DNA of 64,000 nt, taken from positions 1 to 64,000 of IMG/VR virus record IMGVR_UViG_3300025436_000002. One strand, 5' to 3'. This document shows positions 37,327 to 47,333 of this stretch, one piece after another. The position numbers were made by a program, and so were the translations under genes. The stretch's first letter is position 1, and every line of letters begins with the position of its first letter. The notes beneath the pieces are model-generated. The model ran no database searches. It was not told the origin of the DNA and worked only from the letters and a program-made list of their open reading frames with translations. This DNA is from a virus.

Positions 37327-39117
37327 ATGACAGCTCCAAACATTTTTACAAAAGAAATAGATATATCCACAAGAGTTCCGTCTTCTGCGGGAGATGTTTA
37401 CGGAGGCATTGTAGTCCGTTCTCCTAAAGGAGAAGTAGGTAAGCCTCTCTTCATGACATCAGATACTGATTTACTAAAGTATCTTACTCCTAATGAGAGG
37501 GTCGAAGTAGGGTATGACATGGCATTCTATTCAGCATTGGCTTATCTATCTAAGACAAATAAGTTATGGGTAGTTAGAGCTGACAATGGTTCTACCTATG
37601 GTGGAGCTATCATGGGAACAGTTTCTAATACGAGTCTAACATCTGTAAATCTGGGGAATATTTCATACGTAAATACAGGAGCAGGTACTGGATTTTTCTC
37701 GATTGCGGGAGACGTTTCTGCAAAATTTAAAATAGGGGATTCTATAAAAATAGAAGGATCTACTGCAAACGACGGTGTGTACACTGTGGCAAGTGCTACT
37801 TTTAATACCCCAAATACAGACATAATAGTTAATGAAGAAGTACTGGATGATACTGTAGATGGACATGTTAATAGGAATTCAATAGTCACTCCCACTAATT
37901 ATGAATTTGAGGTTACAGATGCGTTATTGATAACAGGATCTAACCAAGGTTCATGGGCTAATGACATTCAGATAACCCTATTTACCTATGCAGTAAGCCC
38001 AGACATCGTAAAAGAAGAAGGAGCTTTCCAAATAAATGTACTTAAAAAATCAACAGGTGACTTACTAGAAACATTTATTTGTTCAAGAGTAGTTGGGGCT
38101 AAAGACGGCTACGGTCAAAATATTTACGTAGAGGATATAGTAACTTCTTCTAACTATATTAACATTATTGATAACGTAGACGTGCCTTCTGATACAGCAT
38201 TAATTGAACAAACAACTCCATTATCTCTACTAGGAGCTTTGGATGGTGGAACGATATCAGATAGTCATATGCAAACAGCACTATCTAAACTACAAAATAA
38301 AAATGAAATACCTCTAACTATTATAATGGACGGGGGCTGGACTACAGTAGCTTATCAAAGGGCTATGGATGCTCTATGTCAAAGTAGAAAAGATTGTGTA
38401 TCATGTTTATCCACTCCGTATTCAGCAGAAAATAGTTCTACTTATATGACAGATATAGTGGCATATAGAAAGACTGATTTAAACTTAAATAGTTCTTATT
38501 CAGCTTTATATACTCCAAATCTTCAGATACAGGATAGGTTTAATTCAAGAAAAATATTCGTATCTCCAGACGGATATGCAGCAGCAGCTATAGCAGAAAC
38601 GGCTTCTAATTACGAAATATGGTATGCTCCAGCAGGTACTAGAAGAGGCATGCTTAACGTACTAGACGTAAAAAGAAGATTCTCAGAGGGAGAACTTGAC
38701 TTATTATATGATAATGGAATAAACCCAATTAAATTCCTACATGGAAGGGGTATTGCAATATGGGGTCAGAAAACATTATCATCTAGACCTTCTGCATTAG
38801 ATAGATTGAATGTAAGACTAATGCTTGTCACGGTAGAACCAGCAGTTTCTGTATTCCTAGAAGATTTCCTATTCGAGTTTAATGATACTCTGACAAGACT
38901 TCTTGTCAGATCTGGAATAGAGTCTTACATGGATGGTATAAAATCTAGAAAAGGAGTCTATGCTTATACTGTGGTATGTGACGAGAGTAATAATACGGCT
39001 GAGGATATAGATAATAATAAATTAAATGTATTCTTGTATGTACAACCCACAAAAACATCTGAATTTATAACCTTATCCGTCATTATAACAAGAACTGGAT
39101 TTACGATTACAACTTAG
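37327..39117 (+). CDS. Tail sheath protein (gp18-like)
   Basis: PNIFTKEID, WYAPAGTRRG, LYDNGINPI, WGQKTL, LDRLNVR, VCDESNNT. Confidence 0.95.
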   Translation: MTAPNIFTKEIDISTRVPSSAGDVYGGIVVRSPKGEVGKPLFMTSDTDLLKYLTPNERVEVGYDMAFYSALAYLSKTNKLWVVRADNGSTYGGAIMGTVSNTSLTSVNLGNISYVNTGAGTGFFSIAGDVSAKFKIGDSIKIEGSTANDGVYTVASATFNTPNTDIIVNEEVLDDTVDGHVNRNSIVTPTNYEFEVTDALLITGSNQGSWANDIQITLFTYAVSPDIVKEEGAFQINVLKKSTGDLLETFICSRVVGAKDGYGQNIYVEDIVTSSNYINIIDNVDVPSDTALIEQTTPLSLLGALDGGTISDSHMQTALSKLQNKNEIPLTIIMDGGWTTVAYQRAMDALCQSRKDCVSCLSTPYSAENSSTYMTDIVAYRKTDLNLNSSYSALYTPNLQIQDRFNSRKIFVSPDGYAAAAIAETASNYEIWYAPAGTRRGMLNVLDVKRRFSEGELDLLYDNGINPIKFLHGRGIAIWGQKTLSSRPSALDRLNVRLMLVTVEPAVSVFLEDFLFEFNDTLTRLLVRSGIESYMDGIKSRKGVYAYTVVCDESNNTAEDIDNNKLNVFLYVQPTKTSEFITLSVIITRTGFTITT

Positions 39118-39139
39118 ATTAGTTATAGGAGATAAAAAT

Positions 39140-39652
39140 ATGTCTGATATCAGACCAAGTATTACAGATGTAGTAGGAATACAGGATTTCGCAGTTCTAT
39201 ACAAGTGGAAAATTGTATTCTCTAAGGTGCCAGCAGGACTGGATAAGTATCTAGGAGGGCTTTTAAATCTATACGCCCTCTCCTCGGAATACCCTAAATT
39301 TTCCGAAGAAGAGATAGAGACCACAATGCATGGTAAGAAGGTCTATCAAGCTGGCATGAGAACGTATGATCCAATAACTATAACTTTTATAGAAAATAAT
39401 AGTGCAATTATACAGAAGTTTATAAAAGCTTGGGCAGCTCTCATAAATACTCCCAACGAAGAAGGTCAAAAAGCTAAGAAAGATTACGTATGCCAGATAC
39501 AACTTTCCCCGTTAAAGGCTGACGGAGGTAATCTGGCTTCATACAACCTTGTGAATTGTTGGATGCAGACTCACACGATAGGAAACCCAGATGGTAGTGC
39601 GAATGAGACTATCAAACCAGAAATTACTTTGAGATTTGATTATTTTGATTAA
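39140..39652 (+). CDS. Tail tube protein (gp19-like)
   Basis: Follows sheath; AGMRTYDPITITF...EITLRFDYF. Confidence 0.85.
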   Translation: MSDIRPSITDVVGIQDFAVLYKWKIVFSKVPAGLDKYLGGLLNLYALSSEYPKFSEEEIETTMHGKKVYQAGMRTYDPITITFIENNSAIIQKFIKAWAALINTPNEEGQKAKKDYVCQIQLSPLKADGGNLASYNLVNCWMQTHTIGNPDGSANETIKPEITLRFDYFD

Positions 39653-39761
39653 CATTCTAACCTAGTAAGGTAACAATATCTTAATAAAATAGAGAGACAG
39701 ACTTGTAAAAGAGTCTGTCTCTTGGTATAGTGTTAATATAACAAATATAAGGAATAATCCC

Positions 39762-40337
39762 ATGTTGAATTACGATTATGGATATTATACGGAAGAGCAA
39801 GAAGTGTCCTCAAAACATATATATTACTTAGAAAAACTATATGTTTTATACACTAAGCCCATGACATATGCCATTTTATTTGTACTATGTTTAACATGTT
39901 TATTAATAAAATCCCCCGTATTTTACGAAATAATCACTAACTTAGGAACAGTCTTTATGTCTATTATATCATTAGTATTCCAGATAGGTTTGGTAATATT
40001 AATAATATTATTTATAGTTTGGGTAGACTCTGTATCCCCGAATACTGAAAACTACATTCCAGTATACCGAGATAGATTATCAGATATTTTAAAAAGAGAT
40101 ATAGAGTACCAAGAGAGGCAGATAAAAGAAGCTAAGTATCAAAATGATTTAGAACTATCTCGAGAAAAATTTAGAAAATCCCAAGAACCTCCCAAGTATA
40201 GAGTAGACTTTCTAACCTACAACCATGGATGTACTATAACTGAAATAGTACAAGCCCGAAATACTATGGAAGTAAGAGCTAGATACAACTCCGACTCTAG
40301 GGTCAGATCACTATTAAGAATATCCTGTGCTTATTAA
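39762..40337 (+). CDS. Membrane protein (two TM), independently promoted insertion
   Basis: Two hydrophobic segments; promoter TTGTAA-17-TATAGT at 39703-39731. Confidence 0.6.
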   Translation: MLNYDYGYYTEEQEVSSKHIYYLEKLYVLYTKPMTYAILFVLCLTCLLIKSPVFYEIITNLGTVFMSIISLVFQIGLVILIILFIVWVDSVSPNTENYIPVYRDRLSDILKRDIEYQERQIKEAKYQNDLELSREKFRKSQEPPKYRVDFLTYNHGCTITEIVQARNTMEVRARYNSDSRVRSLLRISCAY

Positions 40338-40392
40338 CGAGTATAGGATATTTTATATTATATTTAGGAGTAACTAACTAGGGATTTTAAAA

Positions 40393-40938
40393 TTGGCAAA
40401 CGGTTTTACATCTAATAATCTCAAAGGCCAATCTATATCTGATATAGGTTCCGTAGCTTGGGGTTTAGGGTTTAATTATCTAGTAACTATTGATAGGATA
40501 AAATCACCATTTACGGGGAATGTTGCTCTTGGGAATGTCATACCTTGTTATCAAGTACAAGAGAAGATCCCATTAATGAAGTCTATGCAAGTAAAGTTAC
40601 CCATGTACGGAAACTTTAATATTCCCATTGGGATAGAGTTACCTACATTAACAGTATCTTTATATGATGACGAGAATTGTATTGTCGAGAAATCTATAAA
40701 AGACTGGATAAATGACATATTTTACACGGGAACTTCTATAAGAACCTTAGATGAAAATACCACGAAGCTAACGGTATTTAAACTATCATCAAATAAGAAG
40801 ATAACACTAATGACGAGTTATGAAGTATACCCAGAAGGGGATTGTCAAGTAACAATGGGTTCCAATATTACATTAAAAGAGTTGAATGTAAATTTCAATG
40901 TTGTTTATATATATCCTAGGGAGGATTTTACCGTTTAA
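40393..40938 (+). CDS. Tube-like baseplate/tube initiator protein (gp54-like)
   Basis: LTVSLYDDE...IKDWIN...YEVYP tube-fold pattern; late motif at 40352. Confidence 0.55.
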   Translation: MANGFTSNNLKGQSISDIGSVAWGLGFNYLVTIDRIKSPFTGNVALGNVIPCYQVQEKIPLMKSMQVKLPMYGNFNIPIGIELPTLTVSLYDDENCIVEKSIKDWINDIFYTGTSIRTLDENTTKLTVFKLSSNKKITLMTSYEVYPEGDCQVTMGSNITLKELNVNFNVVYIYPREDFTV

Positions 40939-40961
40939 TTGGGGGAAAAGGGGTTTAAGGG

Positions 40962-41696
40962 ATGGAAAATTCAAGAAAGTATTTACCTAAATATCAAGAA
41001 AAATGGCTACCTTCGGGAAACTTGCAATACCCCGATGGAGTTAACATACATTACTATCCTTTTTCTTTTGGAGAAATTCTAAAGATAAATCAATCAAATC
41101 TGGATGAGATAGCTATGTATAATATGATGTTAGAAGGTGTTGAAATAATAGGTATGCCAGTAGAGGATTTAACTTTCTACGACGCTTTATACTTAGGGTG
41201 GAGACGAAAGACAGCTAGTCTAGGCGTGTCCATGTTAGACATAAAATCATACTGCCCCAACTGTGATACAACCAACATAACTGTTTTTGATTTAACAGAG
41301 TTAAAGTATATAGATGTTGAGATGAAGGCGATGCCCGCTAAAACTGTGATATGTGGAGAAGAATTACATTTTGGATTTATTACGATAAAAGACTATATGG
41401 AGTTACAATCTAAAGATCTACATAAAGACGTACTAGCTGTGTATGCTAAATCAGTAACCAATAGGAGTTACGAGGAAGCCTATGAGATTATATCCAGTGC
41501 TATGGGGAATGACGTAGATAAGTTAGAGACACTTAATAGAATTCTATATCATGGAGTAAAGCCCATAAATGTGACATGTAGAGGTTGTGGTCAAGAGTAT
41601 GCTATAAGAATAACAGACTCCTCGGAGGTAGAGATTCTCAAACCCTTTCGTGGAGAAGAAGTCATTATACGAGATGAAATTTCTTTTGGCGACTAA
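40962..41696 (+). CDS. Baseplate hub assembly chaperone (gp26-like)
   Basis: LPSGNLQYP, DLTFYD, CPNC and CRGC; upstream of tape measure. Confidence 0.65.
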   Translation: MENSRKYLPKYQEKWLPSGNLQYPDGVNIHYYPFSFGEILKINQSNLDEIAMYNMMLEGVEIIGMPVEDLTFYDALYLGWRRKTASLGVSMLDIKSYCPNCDTTNITVFDLTELKYIDVEMKAMPAKTVICGEELHFGFITIKDYMELQSKDLHKDVLAVYAKSVTNRSYEEAYEIISSAMGNDVDKLETLNRILYHGVKPINVTCRGCGQEYAIRITDSSEVEILKPFRGEEVIIRDEISFGD

Positions 41697-41796
41697 CGGG
41701 GTAGTAGATGCTTGGCATGTTAATGAGCTTCTGTATAGTGAAGTCAGAGTACATTACGGATCTTTAATTAAAAAACTAAAAGAAGAGAATAGATAA
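41674..41796 (+). CDS. Small gp51-like chaperone ORF, possibly expressed by +1 frameshift (not in ORF track)
   Basis: MKFLLATNGVVDAWHVNELLYSEVRVHYGSLIKKLKEENR; TAATG coupling to tape measure. Confidence 0.55.
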   Translation: MKFLLATNGVVDAWHVNELLYSEVRVHYGSLIKKLKEENR

Positions 41797-44276
41797 TGGC
41801 TAACGGTCAACCTGAAAATCCGAATATTAAAAACCCATTCTTAGAATTTTCTAAGAACTTTACTAACTTCATGAAATATTCTGAGTCTGTAGACAGAAGT
41901 AGGAATGTAAACACGGAAAAACTTATGAAGGAAATGGCTATTCAGTATAAACTCCTGAGGACTGCTTATGAGAAAGGGAATATTACAGCTAAGAAGGGGA
42001 AAGAAGAAGACTTATATAATGATAAGGGATTCTTTAAACTTCTTGAGCTCATGGACGGGGTTGACTCTAAGTTAGAGAAGGTTATAGATAAATATTTAAA
42101 GGGTAAGAATTTAGTTAAGGGTGAGAAAGTAGACCTATCTAAATTTTTGGAAGGAATGCAGGAATCTCTTAGAGAAACTAAAGAGAAAGTTGGCATTCCT
42201 ACCAAGGATGTCCTCAATAATTTCAAAACATTATTAAATAGTAGTGATGCTAGTGTGAATTATCAACTAGATCTATTAGACTTTTTAAGGGAATATGCTA
42301 AGGAAGATATAGCAGTATCTGAGGATTTAAAAACCCTGATATCCGAAGTTTTGAGATCCAATAAAATATCTGATGAGGATAGGGTCAGGTTAAATCAAGA
42401 ATTATCAAATACTATAGAGGAATATAGTCGAAATCAGTCCACAGCTTTCTCTCCTTTTGCGAGACTGAGAAGAACCTTAGATACTACTAACCTTACTATG
42501 CAAGGTATGGTAACTTCCTTAACGTCTAACCAACAAAGACAAGGTGGAAATCAAGGTGGAAATCAAGGTGGAAATCAAGGTGGAGGAGGGCATGGATTTG
42601 CAGAAAGAATACAACGATTTGTTACTGAAAGAACTGGGGAAGCCACTACAGCTTCTGTAAGAAATCTTGCAGTGGGTGCTTCAGAGATGCTACCTGAACC
42701 CCTAAAGCCAGTGGCTGCCATAACAGCTTCATCTGCACCTTTAATATCTGAGGCTGTCATGACAGCCTTAACAGCTAATGCAGGTTGGGCTACCTTTAAG
42801 AATTTGGGCAGTGCCATAGGACCTCTAGCTAAGACAATGACAGTTCTAAAGGGGGTAGGCATGGTAGCTAAACCACTAGCGTTAGGTTTAGCTGGTATTG
42901 AAGGAGTTACAAGAGCTACTGAGGAAATCAATAGGGGTAAGGGGAATGTTTTAGATAAAACTTTAAGTGTTCCTACAAAATTTGCGGAAGGTTTCACATC
43001 TTCCATGACTTTAGGACTATCTGATAAACTATTTGGAGCTTTAAAGCCATCTAAAGAATTTCAAAAGAGATTAGAATCTGGTCAAGTTAAAAAAATGTGG
43101 GATTTTAATTCAGGTGTTAAAAATAACAAGGCAGATGGCACCAACAACATCTTGGGAGGCATGGGTAATGATACATTAGGGGATGTGATAAAAGAGGAAA
43201 ATAGAAAAATATACGGTCCTAACTTAGATTTAGGTCAAATTTTTACAAATAGCCTTAAGACTCTTTTTCCTTTTCTAGGTGAGGGTAAATCAACTGAACA
43301 AATTAAAATAGACTATGCTAATGAACAAGCTGGACTTGCTAAGAAGGATAAGGAATTCGTGAATACGATTAAAAAGAAAGAAACTTACACTGAGGCAGGG
43401 GGGGGAGTAGGTGGATTTCTAGGTGGCTTAGTAGGTAAGAAAAAAGAAGGTGAGAAACTAGGAACGGAAGTAGGAGCTAAGGTATACGATATAGGCAAAA
43501 CTGGATTTCATAGAGGAAAAGAAATAATAGACCAATACGGGAATAGGAGAGTTTTATCTACGAACCCAGAAGATAAAGCTCAAAGAACTACTTTTGGAAA
43601 AAATTCTAGGGGAGAGGACATTACCTCAGGAGACATAGAGAGGGGTAAATTAGCTAAGTCTCTCAACAAGAATAAAGAATTTGAAAGTTTAGGGGGTAAA
43701 AGTTCTTGGTATCGTCCTAGTCAGTTTAGTCAAGATATAGCCTACGGTAAAAAAGGAACCTCCACAGTATTAAATGAATTCGCAGGGCAAGGAGCTAAAT
43801 TTACACTTTCTGGAGCTATGGGTACGTCTGCAAGTAAGCATACTGGAAAAGGTTCTGGAAAAGGTCATGAGTCTGGTTCTAAATTCGATATAGTCCCTAA
43901 GACTGGAGAAACTCTTGAAGGTCTTTATGAGAAAGCATTAAAGAATCCAAGATTCTCAGAAGTAAGTATAGAGAATAAGGGAACCGATAACGCACATGTT
44001 GACGTTCAGATTGCAAAGTCAGTGTATGAGAATGTTAAGAAAAATGAAGAGTTAGTAGCTAATGCTAAGAAAAAAGAAGTATTAGTAGCTAAAGCAAGAC
44101 CAGATGTTATAGTAGCCCCCCCTAAAACACCGCCAAAAGAACAGGGAACTAAAATAGCTCCAGCACCTAGTCCAGTAGTAGCGAGTGCTCCTCCAGATAG
44201 ACAAAAGTCTGAAAGAAAAACAAAGTCGGATCATGCAATGGTAGATATGTATAATGTACACGGAGTTTTAGGATAA
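41796..44276 (+). CDS. Tape measure-like protein with putative C-terminal M15-type peptidase domain
   Basis: Helical, then G/A-rich; HESGSKFDI...HVDVQ; synteny. Confidence 0.65.
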   Translation: MANGQPENPNIKNPFLEFSKNFTNFMKYSESVDRSRNVNTEKLMKEMAIQYKLLRTAYEKGNITAKKGKEEDLYNDKGFFKLLELMDGVDSKLEKVIDKYLKGKNLVKGEKVDLSKFLEGMQESLRETKEKVGIPTKDVLNNFKTLLNSSDASVNYQLDLLDFLREYAKEDIAVSEDLKTLISEVLRSNKISDEDRVRLNQELSNTIEEYSRNQSTAFSPFARLRRTLDTTNLTMQGMVTSLTSNQQRQGGNQGGNQGGNQGGGGHGFAERIQRFVTERTGEATTASVRNLAVGASEMLPEPLKPVAAITASSAPLISEAVMTALTANAGWATFKNLGSAIGPLAKTMTVLKGVGMVAKPLALGLAGIEGVTRATEEINRGKGNVLDKTLSVPTKFAEGFTSSMTLGLSDKLFGALKPSKEFQKRLESGQVKKMWDFNSGVKNNKADGTNNILGGMGNDTLGDVIKEENRKIYGPNLDLGQIFTNSLKTLFPFLGEGKSTEQIKIDYANEQAGLAKKDKEFVNTIKKKETYTEAGGGVGGFLGGLVGKKKEGEKLGTEVGAKVYDIGKTGFHRGKEIIDQYGNRRVLSTNPEDKAQRTTFGKNSRGEDITSGDIERGKLAKSLNKNKEFESLGGKSSWYRPSQFSQDIAYGKKGTSTVLNEFAGQGAKFTLSGAMGTSASKHTGKGSGKGHESGSKFDIVPKTGETLEGLYEKALKNPRFSEVSIENKGTDNAHVDVQIAKSVYENVKKNEELVANAKKKEVLVAKARPDVIVAPPKTPPKEQGTKIAPAPSPVVASAPPDRQKSERKTKSDHAMVDMYNVHGVLG
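42540..42584 (+). repeat. 12-bp tandem repeat encoding (QGGN)3QGG
   Basis: CAAGGTGGAAAT x3 plus a partial copy. Confidence 0.9.
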
Positions 44277-44941
44277 TGAATATATACGATTCAGTTATAA
44301 ATAATGAGAGTTTGAGGGTTATGTTAATAATCCCCCCCGAATCTGGAAAATCTCCAGATGAGAAGTCAGCTAAGAACGACTCTGTTATCTATGGGTATCT
44401 TGAAAATCCTTTTGAGGTAAATACCTCCTTAGAGTGGTCGGATAAGCTATTTGGAAGAGACTATGCTACAAATTTGAACAAGTTAGTAGGGCAATTAGGG
44501 GGAGATATACAAGTCCTCAATATATTAGATACTATGCAAACACCCATAGCAACAAGGATACCCGAATTTAAACTTGAATTTTATGTAATAGCTACTAAAA
44601 AAGACGACAATCCTATGAAAAAAGTATTACGTCTTTATGAGTCTACGTTTCCAGAAAGAGTAAGTGTAGGTACAGTGAAATACCACTGGGGGTTTGTTCC
44701 AAACGCTCTTGCAGAGTCAGGAGGTAGTTCCCTAACACAGCAACCCACTAAAGGAACAGTTATAGTTACCATAGGTAAATGGTTCAGGGCTATAAATATG
44801 ATTTTAAAGAACCCAGTTTTAACATACTCAGATACTGTGGGTACTAATGGAAAGCCTCTATGGGTAAAAGTGAGTGTTATAGTAATGCCAAGAAGACTTC
44901 CATACGCGGATGAGTTTGCAAGTATGTTTTTAGTTGATTAG
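44276..44941 (+). CDS. Baseplate/tube cap-type protein (gp48-like)
   Basis: Synteny; VIVTIGKWF...NGKPLWVKVSV. Confidence 0.5.
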   Translation: MNIYDSVINNESLRVMLIIPPESGKSPDEKSAKNDSVIYGYLENPFEVNTSLEWSDKLFGRDYATNLNKLVGQLGGDIQVLNILDTMQTPIATRIPEFKLEFYVIATKKDDNPMKKVLRLYESTFPERVSVGTVKYHWGFVPNALAESGGSSLTQQPTKGTVIVTIGKWFRAINMILKNPVLTYSDTVGTNGKPLWVKVSVIVMPRRLPYADEFASMFLVD

Positions 44942-44954
44942 ATGGAGTTAGTAA

Positions 44955-45296
44955 ATGTTTTACGTTAATTCAGACTACATAAGTAACGAGAAATACGATT
45001 TAGGTAAGTTCATGCCTTTCGAGTTAGATAATTTTGACGTACTAAACTCCTACTTTCTAGAGAATTTTATAAAACTCCCCCAAGTTGGAACTTTCACTAT
45101 AAGTACTGAAGAATACAGACCTGACCTAATATCGTATAAAATATATGAAAATGTATATTACTGGTCTTTAATATTAATGTACAATGACATAATAGACTTA
45201 GAAGATTTGATTACAGGAACTTCTTTAAAATACTTTGGGGTTATGGATTTAGAAAATTTATTTTTTAATCTTCGATCATTTGAAAACAAATCTTAA
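44955..45296 (+). CDS. Baseplate wedge protein (gp53-like, LysM-related)
   Basis: RPDLISYKIYENVYYWSLILMYN. Confidence 0.75.
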   Translation: MFYVNSDYISNEKYDLGKFMPFELDNFDVLNSYFLENFIKLPQVGTFTISTEEYRPDLISYKIYENVYYWSLILMYNDIIDLEDLITGTSLKYFGVMDLENLFFNLRSFENKS

Positions 45297-45308
45297 GAGA
45301 GGAATACT

Positions 45309-47333
45309 ATGACAATTGAAATAGTGGGACAATATGTATTTTCAGTCTCCATAGGAAAATATAAGGACTTCATACAAGATAGTGATCTCACAGAGTTTGC
45401 TTTATTTGAAGAGGCTGGATGCGTGCTACCCTATTTTGACTTAATATTTAAGTTTGCTATACCTGATCTAAGAAACTACTTAGTGGAAGATAACGTGTTG
45501 TCTATCACTTTTGGCTCTAGCAGAGACGATATGAGGACACTACCTTTTCGTATAAAAGTTAAGAATATAGTTGAATTTGGTCATGGGGCATGGAGAGCTT
45601 CCATAGGAGGAGTCTACGATGCGGTATCCTTTCTAGAAGAGACAGGGACTGAATGTATAAAAGGGGATAGTGGAGAAAATATCTCAGCAACAGAAGCGTT
45701 GAGTAAAGTAACTTCTAGATATTTTAAATTTGATACTAATGTTACTAAGGATACAAGTAATCAAAAATGGCTAAGATGTAAAAAAACTACTAGAGATTTT
45801 GCTATGGATATGTGGTTACATTCTACACTCAATGATTCATTTCCAGCAGTAGCTATAACCAAAGATGGTAAGTTTCTATTCAAAGACATAGCTAAGTCAG
45901 TGTCAGAGGAACCTAAGTGGGTATTTACTGACGTATCAAGTAATTTAAGCAATAGCGTTAAAACATCAGGACATCCAGAAATAATAAATGACTCTGGAAT
46001 AGTTAGCCTTCTAATTCAGAATAAGAAGAACAATGTATATGACATGGATTCAGGAAGTAAGGATGAATTTACATTTGAAGGTAAATCAATGTTAGCCAAC
46101 ACTGCTATGGTAGAAGAGTCATCGTCTCAACTTAAAGATAGTATAAATTACATTACTAATGGAAATGTACATACTAGTTATTGGAATTCCTATATACATA
46201 ACTTAGGATTCCTCACACTGTTCTCAGGGGCTAGGGCGATACTATCTTACACTGATAGGCTTATAGATACTATGCAAGTTCTAGACGTAGCTAGTTATCT
46301 TCCCACTAAACTTGATAGATCTGGAGAGACTGAAAGTGTATATTCAGGTAAGTACTTAATATCTCAAATAGTCAGGATAATAGGAGCAGGTAGAAATCTT
46401 AAGACACATGTAACACTTAGCAGGGAATCATTCAACGAGGTTAGAGATTATATGAGTGAACTGGAATCACAACAACCACAGATGATAACTGAGGATACGG
46501 AATACACAGATGCCATGCAGAAACTTCAAGACGCAATTACAAATATCAAAGCTTTCTTTGATATCCTAGGTATTAAGTTAGATATTCCGTCTATGAGAAT
46601 ACTTGCACAAAATTTAATTGATGTATTTAAGGGTATGTTCGGTTACGACGAACAGGGTATTTGGATTAAACAAGATTATCTTAAAACAGTAAAAGAAGCT
46701 AATCTTAACGATTCTATACTTAGGCAAATATTCTCATTCCTGTCTGAGCGGGGAGAGACTGTCATATTAGCAGCAGACAGTAGTATAATGACGAGACTTC
46801 TTAGTGGGGATTTTAGTGAGTATATTACTAATAGCGTATTAAGAATTCCGAATCTAGGAAATACTGGACTGCTCCCAGATAGTTTTACATCCAGTGTTTT
46901 CTCATGGTACTCTTCTGGATTAATAGATGAAGATAATGCTAATACAGGTAATACAGATCTAGACGGCATATTAAAGGATACAGTTACTTACTTAAAGACT
47001 ACTGGAATCGTATCACAAGTGGACAATTCAATGTCTAGAAGATATTGGGGATGCTTAGATAAGGATATTATAAATGAATTAGATATTAAGAATTTATATA
47101 GTGACGAAACTAAGAGAAGATACTTGAATAAAATGATAACAGTTAAGAAGGGTTATATTTATTTAATATATTCTACAAACTTAGGCGAAGCCACCATCAA
47201 GATAAACGGAAAAGTATATACTAATTTAGAAATGAAGACTAGAAGTTTAAAATTAGACGGTACATTTAGAAATTATTTCGTATATCGTACTAAGGATCTA
47301 TTTTCTAGTAAAACGCTAATTGAGGTATTGTGA
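45309..47333 (+). CDS. Baseplate hub protein (gp27-like) with long C-terminal extension
   Basis: Precedes spike gene; YSGKYLISQIV...THVTLSRES marks the hub end. Confidence 0.6.
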   Translation: MTIEIVGQYVFSVSIGKYKDFIQDSDLTEFALFEEAGCVLPYFDLIFKFAIPDLRNYLVEDNVLSITFGSSRDDMRTLPFRIKVKNIVEFGHGAWRASIGGVYDAVSFLEETGTECIKGDSGENISATEALSKVTSRYFKFDTNVTKDTSNQKWLRCKKTTRDFAMDMWLHSTLNDSFPAVAITKDGKFLFKDIAKSVSEEPKWVFTDVSSNLSNSVKTSGHPEIINDSGIVSLLIQNKKNNVYDMDSGSKDEFTFEGKSMLANTAMVEESSSQLKDSINYITNGNVHTSYWNSYIHNLGFLTLFSGARAILSYTDRLIDTMQVLDVASYLPTKLDRSGETESVYSGKYLISQIVRIIGAGRNLKTHVTLSRESFNEVRDYMSELESQQPQMITEDTEYTDAMQKLQDAITNIKAFFDILGIKLDIPSMRILAQNLIDVFKGMFGYDEQGIWIKQDYLKTVKEANLNDSILRQIFSFLSERGETVILAADSSIMTRLLSGDFSEYITNSVLRIPNLGNTGLLPDSFTSSVFSWYSSGLIDEDNANTGNTDLDGILKDTVTYLKTTGIVSQVDNSMSRRYWGCLDKDIINELDIKNLYSDETKRRYLNKMITVKKGYIYLIYSTNLGEATIKINGKVYTNLEMKTRSLKLDGTFRNYFVYRTKDLFSSKTLIEVL

